Virus record (IMG/VR): IMGVR_UViG_3300032268_000832
Coordinates: 242,464 to 306,463 of that record
Reading direction: 5' to 3' (one strand)
Length of the DNA: 64,000 bases
Position 1 is the first letter of the stretch; the number at the start of each line of letters is the position of its first letter. Below, piece by piece: positions 26,927 to 36,790 of the stretch. The notes under the pieces were generated by a model that made no database searches, had not been told where the DNA came from, and was given only the letters and a program-made list of their open reading frames with translations. The position numbers were made by a program, and so were the translations under genes.

Positions 26927-27849
26927 TGCAAACACAATTATTAGACTATATCAAGAAATTATCACTTGATGATAAAAAAACGCTTTCACAAAAAGCTCTT
27001 AAGGTTGCTGAGGAATCTGGTGAGTTAGCCAAAGTGGTATTGCCTTTTGACAATGCCGCTGGAACTATTCACAGATTCATCGAGAAAGGTAGAATCCTAG
27101 AAGAGTCAGTAGACGTGATTTTAACCGCTATTTCTATCGCATATGAGTTAGGATATTCCCACGAGGAAATCGAAGAAACAATGCGCTTAAAAGCAGAAAA
27201 ATGGCAAGGTATCCAATACAAGGAAACCCAAGTTGATGACATGATTCCTTTTGAGATACATGTTACTGTTCAATCGTTTATAGAGACAGATGAAATTTTT
27301 AGAGACCTTTGTGCAGAGATTGGGGTTAAACCAATCATATTAGAGTTGGAAAATAAAGGGCAAAATGTGATGCATGATGTAATGACATCATCACATTTTT
27401 TTGGAACCAACACGGGTGCTTACCATGAGTGTTTAAGAATTGAATCATTTTTATTAAAAAATGGGTTTAAGGTTGTTCGTAAAAAAATAGAAACAGTGCC
27501 ATGGCACCCAGCCGCACCAGTTGGTGAAGCACCTATGCCAAAGGATTGTTACTTTGAAGCTCATATTGGATGTATTATAAACGAAGAACAAAAACCTAGA
27601 TTACAAGAGTTGGCAGAGATTAACAATGCTCACTTGTCTAGGAATTTCTTTAAGAAATTGGATAACGGAATGTTCGTTAACATGCTGACACTTAGATGGT
27701 ACGATTGTAACTACGAGAAAGTTAAACATGATGTTCAGAGAACCAAGTTACACTTGACTAGAAACGGAATGGAATACGAAAAAGTAATAGTTGAGTTTTG
27801 CCTATACGACACAAAGGTGAGCCACGATTTTAAATGGTTAGAAAAATAA
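26926..27849 (+). CDS. MazG-like NTP pyrophosphohydrolase fused to uncharacterised domain
   Basis: KVAEESGELA...EESVDV; C-terminal FEIHVT / FEAHI repeats. Confidence 0.75.
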   Translation: MQTQLLDYIKKLSLDDKKTLSQKALKVAEESGELAKVVLPFDNAAGTIHRFIEKGRILEESVDVILTAISIAYELGYSHEEIEETMRLKAEKWQGIQYKETQVDDMIPFEIHVTVQSFIETDEIFRDLCAEIGVKPIILELENKGQNVMHDVMTSSHFFGTNTGAYHECLRIESFLLKNGFKVVRKKIETVPWHPAAPVGEAPMPKDCYFEAHIGCIINEEQKPRLQELAEINNAHLSRNFFKKLDNGMFVNMLTLRWYDCNYEKVKHDVQRTKLHLTRNGMEYEKVIVEFCLYDTKVSHDFKWLEK

Positions 27850-27867
27850 CAAATAATTTTATATATT

Positions 27868-28755
27868 ATGTCACATTTTGCAGTACTTGTTATCGGAGAT
27901 AACATTGAGGAACAATTAGAGAAATTTGATGAAAACTTGGATACACCAAGATATGTCAAATACACCAAAGAACAATTAATCGCTGAAAAGCGAAAAGAGA
28001 TTGAGGATTACAAAAACGGTACGTATGCTAAGTATTTAGCTGACCCTGAGGCGTATTCCGCTGATTGTAAAAATGAAAACCATATGGAATATTTAAAGAA
28101 TGAGTTCCCTAAAAAGTTAGAAATGACTGACGAGGAAACTTATGCTGAAGCAATCGAGTGGTACCAAAAACATGAAATTGGACCTGATGGGGAAGTTTAT
28201 TCAACTTACAACCCCAACTCAAAATGGGATTGGTACCAAATTGGTGGTCGATACGCTGGTCGTCTTATTCTTAAAGAAGGTGTTGAAAAAGAATTTGACC
28301 CAGAGTTTTCTTGGGGTTGGAATGAAAAAGCTAAAGAAGAAGTTCTTAACGAACCAAGAGTTGATACCGCGTTGGTTAAAGACGTTGATTGGTCTAAGAT
28401 GCATCATGTTCAATCTAAATATGATAAAGCTATTCGTTTCTGGGAAATGAAAGTTGAAGGTGCTGAGCCTCAAACCGATGAAGAAAAAGAAGAACTAAAA
28501 TACGATTGGTACAAAGAAAGTTTCTATACTGACCGTTACAAAAACAAAGAAACGTTCGCTAAGTCACGTTCTAGCTTCACTATGTGGGCTATCGTAAAAG
28601 ACGGTGAGTGGTTTGAAAAAGGTTCAATGGGGTTCTGGGCGATGTCAGATGAAACTGACGATGAAGCTTTGGATTGGGAATTGAATATGTTCGACAGATT
28701 CATCAAAGATTTGCCAGAGGACACAAGAATTACAGTGGTTGATTGCCACATCTAA
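27868..28755 (+). CDS. conserved hypothetical phage protein
   Basis: MSHFAVLV...NPNSKWDWYQIGGR...VVDCHI. Confidence 0.85.
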   Translation: MSHFAVLVIGDNIEEQLEKFDENLDTPRYVKYTKEQLIAEKRKEIEDYKNGTYAKYLADPEAYSADCKNENHMEYLKNEFPKKLEMTDEETYAEAIEWYQKHEIGPDGEVYSTYNPNSKWDWYQIGGRYAGRLILKEGVEKEFDPEFSWGWNEKAKEEVLNEPRVDTALVKDVDWSKMHHVQSKYDKAIRFWEMKVEGAEPQTDEEKEELKYDWYKESFYTDRYKNKETFAKSRSSFTMWAIVKDGEWFEKGSMGFWAMSDETDDEALDWELNMFDRFIKDLPEDTRITVVDCHI

Positions 28756-28766
28756 AAACAAAAACA

Positions 28767-29669
28767 ATGGTAAAAACAAACTTAAAACTGTGGGAAAAAC
28801 TATCTAACTTTAGTTTAGATAACCCAGAAGCGTCATTCTCGTTCACTGACAGACTTGCCAGAGAGAATGGATGGTCAATTGAGTTTTCAAAACGAGTGGT
28901 TGATGAATACAAGAAATTCATCTACATGTCAGTCGTATCTGGAAAGTCATTAACACCATCGGATGAAGTTGACCAAGCATGGCATTTGCACTTGGTTTAT
29001 TCCTACTCATATTGGGTAGAAATGTGTGAAAACACACTCGGTGGGTTCAGATTACATCATGGACCAACCAAAGGTGGTATGACTGAGAAAAAAAGATATG
29101 ATGACCAATATTCACAAACTCTAGAGTTTTATCGAAACGAATTTGGTTACGATGCACCTAGAGACGTTTGGCCAAGCCATGATGTTAGATTTGGTAAGAT
29201 TAACTTTAGACGTGTGAGTATGCACGACAACTATGTGTTAAACAAAGAAAAGGTTAAAAAACACATGTTTAGTATAGCTACTGTATTGTTTAGTTTGTTT
29301 GGTGCTGCTTTGTTTTTATCGGCAACACCATCAGAATCCGATACTGGTCTTTCGATACTTATTTGGTCTATTGTAATCTCAGTAGGTCTCTACTTTGTGA
29401 TTAGAGGTATTTACCGCTATTCAACTAGAAGTTCTAGAAGTAACAGATACACAAACACGTCTAGTAGATATAATAGCTCATCATCCAGCTCATCAAAGTC
29501 CTCGTCTAATTCGTCATCTAGTTCAGCTGACAGCGGATGTACAATAATCTCATCATTCTTTGGATGTGGTAGTGATAGTAGTTCATCATCAGGGTGTGGT
29601 TCATCAGGATGTGGCTCATCTGGTTGCGGTTCATCAGGATGTGGTGGTTGCGGAGGATGTGGAAGTTAA
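28767..29669 (+). CDS. glycine-rich-domain (GRDP/TIGR04222-like) membrane protein with Cys/Gly tail
   Basis: RLARENGWS..EYKKF..PSDEVDQAWHLH..HHGP; two TM segments; (GCGSS)n tail. Confidence 0.85.
   Translation: MVKTNLKLWEKLSNFSLDNPEASFSFTDRLARENGWSIEFSKRVVDEYKKFIYMSVVSGKSLTPSDEVDQAWHLHLVYSYSYWVEMCENTLGGFRLHHGPTKGGMTEKKRYDDQYSQTLEFYRNEFGYDAPRDVWPSHDVRFGKINFRRVSMHDNYVLNKEKVKKHMFSIATVLFSLFGAALFLSATPSESDTGLSILIWSIVISVGLYFVIRGIYRYSTRSSRSNRYTNTSSRYNSSSSSSSKSSSNSSSSSADSGCTIISSFFGCGSDSSSSSGCGSSGCGSSGCGSSGCGGCGGCGS
29560..29666 (+). repeat. tandem GCGSS/GCGG coding repeats
   Basis: GG(A/G/T)TG(T/C)GG(T/C)TCATC units. Confidence 0.8.
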
Positions 29670-29682
29670 AAAATAAAATAAA

Positions 29683-30507
29683 ATGGGAAAAAACACAAGT
29701 TTTGGTGACCGTATGAAAGAATACGAGTCATGTTATAATTTTAAAATACCGAACAGGTCGTATGTAATCATACGACTTGACGGTAAGGGGTTTAGCAAAT
29801 ATACAACAATGTTTGACAAACCGTTTGACGACATACTATCCAATGTGATGGATGCCGCTACTATTGAACTATGTAAGTATTTGAATCCGCTATTTGCTTA
29901 TACACAATCAGACGAGATTAGCCTTTTGTTCTCCACTATTGAGAATATTGATGCTGACTTACCATTTGATGGTAAAGTACAGAAGTTATGTAGTATTTCA
30001 GCTTCAAAAGTTACAGCGGCGTTTAATAAGATAATGCTTAGATTGTTGGGTTCATTCAAATACAACCCAGAAGAATTGTTTGCTAAAATCACCAGTGGAG
30101 ATTTCGCTGAGATTGATGCGGTATTTGATTCAAGGGTATTTGTAATCCCAGACTTTAGAGAGGTATCTAACTATTTCCTTTGGCGCCAACAAGATTGTAC
30201 TAGAAATAGTATTAGTATGGCAGCACACGCTTTGTTAGGTCACTCAGCCACTATGAACAAGTCTAGTGATGAAAAACAAGAGATGCTTTTTAAAGAGAAG
30301 GGTGTCAATTGGAGTGATTACAAAGTTAAATACAAGCGAGGTGTTGTTGTAAAAAAACAAACCATTTGGGTTGATGGTCAAAATGGTGAACCAATTCAAA
30401 GAAGTAAATGGCTTCCAGATTACAATATTCCAATCTTTACACAAGAAAGAGAATATTTGTATAATTTAATCCCAGTAATTAAAATTACTGAAGATAATGT
30501 TGTATAA
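29683..30507 (+). CDS. tRNA-His guanylyltransferase Thg1-like (3'-5' polymerase)
   Basis: GDRMKEYE, IRLDGKGFSK, YTQSDEISL, FDSRVF, YFLWRQQDCTRNS. Confidence 0.95.
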   Translation: MGKNTSFGDRMKEYESCYNFKIPNRSYVIIRLDGKGFSKYTTMFDKPFDDILSNVMDAATIELCKYLNPLFAYTQSDEISLLFSTIENIDADLPFDGKVQKLCSISASKVTAAFNKIMLRLLGSFKYNPEELFAKITSGDFAEIDAVFDSRVFVIPDFREVSNYFLWRQQDCTRNSISMAAHALLGHSATMNKSSDEKQEMLFKEKGVNWSDYKVKYKRGVVVKKQTIWVDGQNGEPIQRSKWLPDYNIPIFTQEREYLYNLIPVIKITEDNVV

Positions 30508-30561
30508 TTCAAATTTTTTGTGTATATTTGTTAAAATAACATTTTGATAATATAAAAATTA

Positions 30562-32151
30562 ATGAAATTTAAAGACCTTTCGGTAAAAGATAAACAACGC
30601 ATTTATGATGTTTATCATAAAAAAGATGATGGTCCGTGGGAAAAGAGAGCGGCTAAATTAGGTGAACATTTCGGTGTTTCCGAGCGTACTATTCGTAAAT
30701 GGTGTGCTGAAAAATTAGGTTTTAAAGAAAAAGTAGATTCTGAACCTGAACAATATGTTAAAGCAAAAGAAAAACAACATGATTCTGAAAAGAAAAGATT
30801 CATAGTTACTTGGGCTCAAAATAATACACCAGTTCACAAGAAACTGTTGAGAAACATTGAGGCTTATGCCAGTTTTATTGATGCAGATATTCTTGTGATT
30901 GCTGGTCGTTATAAAAATCCAACTAGTATTTGGACTAACAATAATAAAAACGAAGAACATTGGAAAAAAGAGGTAGAACCTTACTTGGATGCCAACAGAC
31001 ATGACATACACAAGTATGTTTCTATTTTGTCAGACATCAAAGTGCAACCAACAGCTGTAAATCCAATGACTGGGATGCAAGCCCTTAGCGGTGTTAACTC
31101 ATGTATCTTTGGTAGTCCAAAGGTACAACTAGAGATGATTCCTGTGTTGGAAGGAAACAAACCTAAAATCATGCTTACCACTGGTGCTGTTACAATGAAG
31201 AACTACACTGACGCTAAAGCTGGTAAAGTTGGTGAATTTCACCATACATTTGGTTTTGCTATTGTTGAAATAAAAGACGATGAAACTTTCTTCGTTAGAC
31301 AAGTAACTGCTGATGATAAATCAGGTAATTTTACCGATTTAATTTATTGTGTTGAAGATGGTAATGTAAGTCAAATAAACTCAATAGCTGCCGCTGTATT
31401 TGGTGATATCCACTACGGTCATCATGACCAAGAAGTGTTAGACACTACGCTATCGTTTTTGGATAAAATAAAACCAGAACACGTAGTGTTGCATGATGTG
31501 TTTGACGGAGATTCGATTAGTCATCACCAAATGAAAGACCCTTTCATTCAGTATGGTAAAGAAATTACTGGAACCAATGATTTGGAGAAAGAAGTCAATG
31601 CTATGTTATTAGGACTTGAATCCTTTAATAAATTTAACAACGTAGTTATTGTTAGAAGTAATCATGATGATTTCTTAGACCGATGGCTTAAGAATGAGGA
31701 TTGGAAAAAGCAACCAACGTTCAAGAATTCAAGACTTTACATGAAGTATTCTGATATATTGTTGGAACAATATGGTAAAGACCCTAATAATGTTAAGGGT
31801 GTTATTCCATACTTGATTAATGAGAAATTCCCTAGGTTTAAAACACTTGGAAGGTCAGCTTCTTATAGAGTTAATGGTTGGGAATTAGGTCAACATGGTG
31901 ATGTTGGTTCAAATGGTAGTAGAGGTTCATTGTTACAGTTTAGAAAATTGAACACTAAGATTGTTGTGGGACATTATCACTCACCAGGTCGTAAAGACGG
32001 TGCCATAGCTGTTGGTACATCGACAAAATTACGCGTTGGTTACAATCAAGGTCCTAGTTCTTGGTTACAATCACATGTGATTATCCATAATGATGGAAGA
32101 GCACAACATATTAATTTTGTAAATGGAGAGTTTACAACGTTTAAAATATAA
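30562..32151 (+). CDS. HTH plus metallophosphoesterase protein (T5 A1-like)
   Basis: N-terminal HTH GVSERTIRKW; AQNNT; GDIH, HDVFD, SNHD, HGD, GHYHSP. Confidence 0.75.
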   Translation: MKFKDLSVKDKQRIYDVYHKKDDGPWEKRAAKLGEHFGVSERTIRKWCAEKLGFKEKVDSEPEQYVKAKEKQHDSEKKRFIVTWAQNNTPVHKKLLRNIEAYASFIDADILVIAGRYKNPTSIWTNNNKNEEHWKKEVEPYLDANRHDIHKYVSILSDIKVQPTAVNPMTGMQALSGVNSCIFGSPKVQLEMIPVLEGNKPKIMLTTGAVTMKNYTDAKAGKVGEFHHTFGFAIVEIKDDETFFVRQVTADDKSGNFTDLIYCVEDGNVSQINSIAAAVFGDIHYGHHDQEVLDTTLSFLDKIKPEHVVLHDVFDGDSISHHQMKDPFIQYGKEITGTNDLEKEVNAMLLGLESFNKFNNVVIVRSNHDDFLDRWLKNEDWKKQPTFKNSRLYMKYSDILLEQYGKDPNNVKGVIPYLINEKFPRFKTLGRSASYRVNGWELGQHGDVGSNGSRGSLLQFRKLNTKIVVGHYHSPGRKDGAIAVGTSTKLRVGYNQGPSSWLQSHVIIHNDGRAQHINFVNGEFTTFKI

Positions 32152-32210
32152 AGTGGGATAAAAACCCACTTTTTTTTGGAAGATAATAAATAATTTAGTA
32201 TATTTGCAAT

Positions 32211-32621
32211 ATGAAAGAAATACTCGTAGATTTTGATGGTACGGTAGTAACGCATGACTTTCCATTTATTGGAAAAGACATAGGTTCAGTTCCAGTATTA
32301 AAACAATTAGTTGAAAAAGGTCATAAACTTATATTGTTTACAATGCGTAGCCACAGACCTTACATTCACTCAGATGGTAAGTCAAGAGATTGTTTACAAG
32401 AAGCAATTGATTGGTTTGCTAAGAATGATATTCCGTTATACGGAATAAATACGAATCCAACTCAACACGAATGGACTGATAGTCCTAAGGCTTATGGACA
32501 ACTTATGATTGATGATATTGCATTTGGGGTTCCATTGGCTTTTGATAAAGAATTATCTCAAAGACCTTATGTTGATTGGTTTCATTTAGAAATGATGTTA
32601 AAAGCTAATTCTATAATATAA
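32211..32621 (+). CDS. HAD phosphatase (BT0820-like)
   Basis: VDFDGTVV, LILFTMRS, SPKAYGQLMIDD. Confidence 0.88.
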   Translation: MKEILVDFDGTVVTHDFPFIGKDIGSVPVLKQLVEKGHKLILFTMRSHRPYIHSDGKSRDCLQEAIDWFAKNDIPLYGINTNPTQHEWTDSPKAYGQLMIDDIAFGVPLAFDKELSQRPYVDWFHLEMMLKANSII

Positions 32622-33076
32622 TGGGTAAAACGATAGCATCTGGGTTATTTATTGTAAGAAAAGACAATAAATTATTGATTTGTCATCCAACAAATCACCC
32701 AAAAAATGTTTATAGCATACCTAAGGGTAAGGTAGAAGATGACGAAATCTTCTTAGAAGCTGCATTTAGGGAAACATATGAAGAAACTAACTTGGATTTA
32801 AACGGTTCTACTGATTTCACAATACATCCTTTGAGTTCTGTAAACTACAAACACAAAAAGAAAATACTTTATCCGTTTTTGGTTCATGAAAACAAGAAAT
32901 CTAAGTTTGATTGGGATAGTGTTGAGTTGAAATGTAATTCAAACGTACCAGAGGATAGAGGTGGATTTCCAGAAATGGATGGGTACAAATGGGTTACGTT
33001 GGATGAAGCGAAGAGTTTAATACATGACACGCAAGTTAAGTGTTTACCGAAAATAAAAGAAATTATTGAAGAATGA
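32621..33076 (+). CDS. Nudix hydrolase
   Basis: IPKGKVE...AAFRETYEETNL, FPEMDGYKW. Confidence 0.9.
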   Translation: MGKTIASGLFIVRKDNKLLICHPTNHPKNVYSIPKGKVEDDEIFLEAAFRETYEETNLDLNGSTDFTIHPLSSVNYKHKKKILYPFLVHENKKSKFDWDSVELKCNSNVPEDRGGFPEMDGYKWVTLDEAKSLIHDTQVKCLPKIKEIIEE

Positions 33077-33297
33077 AACTAGATTTACACGGATTAAGAC
33101 ATAATGAAGTCCCAGAAGTTTTAGACTCATTTGTTTGGGATTGCATAAAATTTGGTGTTGACCAAGCAGAAATTATAACTGGAAATTCAACAGAAATGAA
33201 GACAATAGTTAAAAACGTACTCATGGATTACGGTTTAGAACCTTGTAACTTCTTCAATTTAGGTGGCAGTATGACTGTCGATTTTGTAACAATTTAA
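33073..33297 (+). CDS. Smr domain protein
   Basis: LDLHG...IITG...NLGG. Confidence 0.8.
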   Translation: MKLDLHGLRHNEVPEVLDSFVWDCIKFGVDQAEIITGNSTEMKTIVKNVLMDYGLEPCNFFNLGGSMTVDFVTI

Positions 33298-33306
33298 TAT
33301 TAAAAT

Positions 33307-34560
33307 ATGGCTGAAGTAAAAAAAGTCTGGAATGCTGATGGTAACGCATTGTATTTAGGTTATCCATCAGAAGAGTTTGAGAAACTCGAAAATGTAATTT
33401 ATAAAGTAGGTTTGGATATGTTTGAAAGACCGTTCTTATCTAAGGTTGCTGACAACTTTACATTTGATTATAAACTATATGGTTTAGAAAGTGAATTAAT
33501 TCGTCGTATTCTAAAAACGTATAACGCAACTGACCATGGAAACTTGGGTATCTTGTTAAATGGTCTTAAAGGGACTGGTAAAACTGTTACCTCAAAACAA
33601 ATCGCTAATCAGTTAAATCAACCGATTATCATTGTTGGTGAAAATAAACCACAATTTCCTCAGTTCTTAAATAGTATTCCTCAAAATATCACGATATTTA
33701 TTGATGAGTACGAGAAAACATTTGGTAATGCTTCAAACATGCTTACAATCATGGATGGTGCTTCAAACTCTGAGTACAGACGTGTGTTTTTGTTGACAAC
33801 CAACGAATTGAGAGTTGAATCTAATATGATTCAAAGACCAGGTCGTGTTCGTTATCTTAAAACATTCGACCACTTGAAACCAATTATTATCAAAGAAATC
33901 ATTGATGATATTTTGATTCATAAACAATTCACTGATGAGTGTATTAATTTCATTTCAAGTCTTGAAACAATCACTGTGGATATCGTTAAAGCGGTCTTGA
34001 ATGAAGTTAATATTCATGAGGAATCGCCAACAGTGTTCGAAGGTATCTTTAATGTTAAGAAACTTAAGGGTAAATACAACGTTTCTATTCGTGAAGAAGA
34101 TGGTACGCTTACTGAAATTGCATCAAATGTTGGTATATACCCTAGACCAATGTATAATGAAAGCAATGTTGGTTATAGTGTTGAAGTTGATAATATATCA
34201 ATAGGTGAAATCGTTAGAGTTATTAATTATAACACAGTTGAAATTGAACCATACGAATTTGAAGATGGTACACAAATTGGTTTCAAAGAAAATGTTATGA
34301 TTAAAATCGAGGATGCTGATTTAATCAACTATTCTTATGCTTACGATAGTTACGGAAGTACTCAAGTTTCCAGACCAAAAAAGAAATCTTCTGATTTTCT
34401 TAAAAATATAAATAAGGAATGGAGTGAATACGAAAATAATCGTAAAACCCAAAACAAAAAATTGCCAGTTGCTGGAAAAATTTCTAGGGGTGAAGAAATT
34501 ATGGATGATATTTCAAGTAGTTTTGAAACTTTAAGTTCAAATGGTATAATTGGTGGTTAA
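33307..34560 (+). CDS. AAA+ ATPase
   Basis: GLKGTGKT, IFIDEYEK, TTN, RPGRVRY. Confidence 0.9.
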   Translation: MAEVKKVWNADGNALYLGYPSEEFEKLENVIYKVGLDMFERPFLSKVADNFTFDYKLYGLESELIRRILKTYNATDHGNLGILLNGLKGTGKTVTSKQIANQLNQPIIIVGENKPQFPQFLNSIPQNITIFIDEYEKTFGNASNMLTIMDGASNSEYRRVFLLTTNELRVESNMIQRPGRVRYLKTFDHLKPIIIKEIIDDILIHKQFTDECINFISSLETITVDIVKAVLNEVNIHEESPTVFEGIFNVKKLKGKYNVSIREEDGTLTEIASNVGIYPRPMYNESNVGYSVEVDNISIGEIVRVINYNTVEIEPYEFEDGTQIGFKENVMIKIEDADLINYSYAYDSYGSTQVSRPKKKSSDFLKNINKEWSEYENNRKTQNKKLPVAGKISRGEEIMDDISSSFETLSSNGIIGG

Positions 34561-34589
34561 CATAACATTTTGATAACTATGAAAAAGAA

Positions 34590-34793
34590 ATGGTTAATAA
34601 AAAAACAATCGATTTAGGTGAATACATTGTAGTTATCACCTATGACAATGAAACAGGTTCAATATCTGTTGAAGTTTTAGATGAATTACATGAGATTATA
34701 GAATCGATTGACATCACTAATTCCGAAGATTCAAATAACGATGATGATGAGGATAATGATGCGGCCATTGACATAAATATCAGTTTAAATTAA
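34590..34793 (+). CDS. small acidic protein
   Basis: ORF track; Asp/Glu-rich. Confidence 0.65.
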   Translation: MVNKKTIDLGEYIVVITYDNETGSISVEVLDELHEIIESIDITNSEDSNNDDDEDNDAAIDINISLN

Positions 34794-34797
34794 TTTT

Positions 34798-35265
34798 ATG
34801 CAAAAAGCAATTGAGGTGCAAGCACCTAATACATTTACTATTAACCAAGAATATTTAAACGTATTCTTGGCTGGTAGTATCGAAATGGGTAAGGCGGTAG
34901 AATGGCAAAAAGACTTTATCGCCGCACTATCGGATAAACCTATCCAATTTCTTAACCCAAGAAGAGATGATTGGGATTCATCATGGGGACAAACAATGAA
35001 TGACTCTAACTTTGTAGAACAAGTTCAATGGGAATTAGACTCAATGGAAAAATCTCACATGATAGTCATGGTATTTGACCCTAACACGTTATCACCAATT
35101 TCAATGCTAGAATTGGGGTTACACGCCAAAGAACAAAAACTTATGGTAGTATGTCCAGATGGATTCTGGAAAAAAGGTAATATTGATGTTACGTGTGAGT
35201 TCTATGGGATTAATCAATTTAATACCATGGATGAATTAATTGAATTTATGAGAAAACACATATAA
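34798..35265 (+). CDS. nucleoside 2-deoxyribosyltransferase-like protein
   Basis: VFLAGSIEMG..WQ, NPRRDDWD, EQVQWEL, SPISMLELGL. Confidence 0.88.
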   Translation: MQKAIEVQAPNTFTINQEYLNVFLAGSIEMGKAVEWQKDFIAALSDKPIQFLNPRRDDWDSSWGQTMNDSNFVEQVQWELDSMEKSHMIVMVFDPNTLSPISMLELGLHAKEQKLMVVCPDGFWKKGNIDVTCEFYGINQFNTMDELIEFMRKHI

Positions 35266-35772
35266 ATGATTAAGAAAAACAAACAAAAAGAAAGACAACA
35301 CAAATTAAATTTTGAAATTAAACACCCAATGGTGCGTGTTGGTGAACATGGTGTGATTACAGTAAAAGAAGCTCAAAAAATGGCTGATGAACAAGAACTT
35401 GATTTGGTTCTTATCAATGAAAACGCTCAACCACCAGTTTGCAAAATAATGAATTATGAAAAATTCATTTATCAACAAAATAAAGCGGTTAAAAATAAAT
35501 CGCTGGATGTTAAAGAGATAAAACTCGGACCAAATACTTCTGAAAACGACTTATCTTATAGAACAAAACACATATGCGAGTTCTTAGATAAGGGTCATAA
35601 AGTTAAATTGACAATGCAGTTTAGAGGTCGTGAAATGGCGTTTGTTGACAAAGGACAAGAAGTGATGTTAAAATTAATTGTTAGTGTTGAAGACCATGGT
35701 TCTGCTGAGTCTGTACCAAAACTTGAAGGTAAAAAGTTACAATGCACACTTAAACCAAAACCAAAGAAATAA
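35266..35772 (+). CDS. infC: translation initiation factor IF-3
   Basis: LDLVLI..AQPPVCKIMNYEKF, KEIKL.P, FLDKGHKVK, FRGREM. Confidence 0.95.
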   Translation: MIKKNKQKERQHKLNFEIKHPMVRVGEHGVITVKEAQKMADEQELDLVLINENAQPPVCKIMNYEKFIYQQNKAVKNKSLDVKEIKLGPNTSENDLSYRTKHICEFLDKGHKVKLTMQFRGREMAFVDKGQEVMLKLIVSVEDHGSAESVPKLEGKKLQCTLKPKPKK

Positions 35773-35809
35773 GGTTTACATTTTAGTTTTCCGTTAGTAT
35801 TATTGGACT

Positions 35810-36376
35810 ATGAAAAAATACATAGTCAAATACTTAACGGAAAATTATTTTTTAGACAAAAGTCAAATTGGGAACGCTGGAATATATTCCTTTGATGATA
35901 CTAGAGAGTGGAAGACTCCAGTCAACGCTAAGGAGTTAATTGAAGAAATTGTAACATTATTTGGTTATTCTTTCACTAGAACCAAATGGTTTATTCATGC
36001 ATGGGCTAAGAACCAAAAACCAGATTATTGCTTAAAATTTTATTGGACTAGTCATAAGATTGATGGTGATATATTCTTGCCTATTGCTAGGCGAGTTATG
36101 GCATCAACAATTGCTCAAGACTTAGTTAGGGTTGAACCCATGAGTGGTCCAACAGGAACTATTATGTATTTAGACCACTCGACACCAGATTATTTAATAG
36201 GTGGTGTTGACCCAGTGGTTGACAACCCACACATCAATATAGCAAAAGTTAGAAATCCAGATAGGGATGCGATAATAAGAAAATGGGAAGCCAGTGGTTT
36301 ATTAGAGGGTATTGATAATTCAAAACAAAGTATTGCTGCGCTGTATGAAGCCCAAGCAAAGCAATTTTTGAAATAA
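35810..36376 (+). CDS. hypothetical protein with T4 gp23-like major-capsid fragments
   Basis: LPIARRVMASTIAQDLVRVEPMSGPTG and IRKWEASGLLEG...AALYEAQA. Confidence 0.65.
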   Translation: MKKYIVKYLTENYFLDKSQIGNAGIYSFDDTREWKTPVNAKELIEEIVTLFGYSFTRTKWFIHAWAKNQKPDYCLKFYWTSHKIDGDIFLPIARRVMASTIAQDLVRVEPMSGPTGTIMYLDHSTPDYLIGGVDPVVDNPHINIAKVRNPDRDAIIRKWEASGLLEGIDNSKQSIAALYEAQAKQFLK

Positions 36377-36442
36377 TAGAAATATTTATTAAAAGAGTTG
36401 TATAACTTAAAAATAAGATGTATTTTTGCACCAAATGAATGA

Positions 36443-36790
36443 ATGAAGTTTAATATTATAAAAACTAGAAATGGAAAATTAAGGAACAAATTATCTAACA
36501 ATTTTCTAAACAATAAATTAACCGAAGAGGATATTGATTTGTTAATGTCCATGATTGATGATTATGAGAAAGCTAATTTATTAGTTATTGAAAAATTAAG
36601 AAAAGAAAAAAAGATTGAAGCAAAAAGAATAAGTGGTGCACTTAAACAAACAATACATGCACATGGTGCAATAACCAAAGTTTTTATAGGAAGCGCTACA
36701 AAACGCATAATGGGCGCCCTATTAACCAACGAAAAAAAAGAAAGTTTTATCAACAAATTAAAAAAGTTTTTTATTAAATGGATAAGTTAA
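36443..36790 (+). CDS. hypothetical protein
   Basis: ORF track. Confidence 0.7.
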   Translation: MKFNIIKTRNGKLRNKLSNNFLNNKLTEEDIDLLMSMIDDYEKANLLVIEKLRKEKKIEAKRISGALKQTIHAHGAITKVFIGSATKRIMGALLTNEKKESFINKLKKFFIKWIS

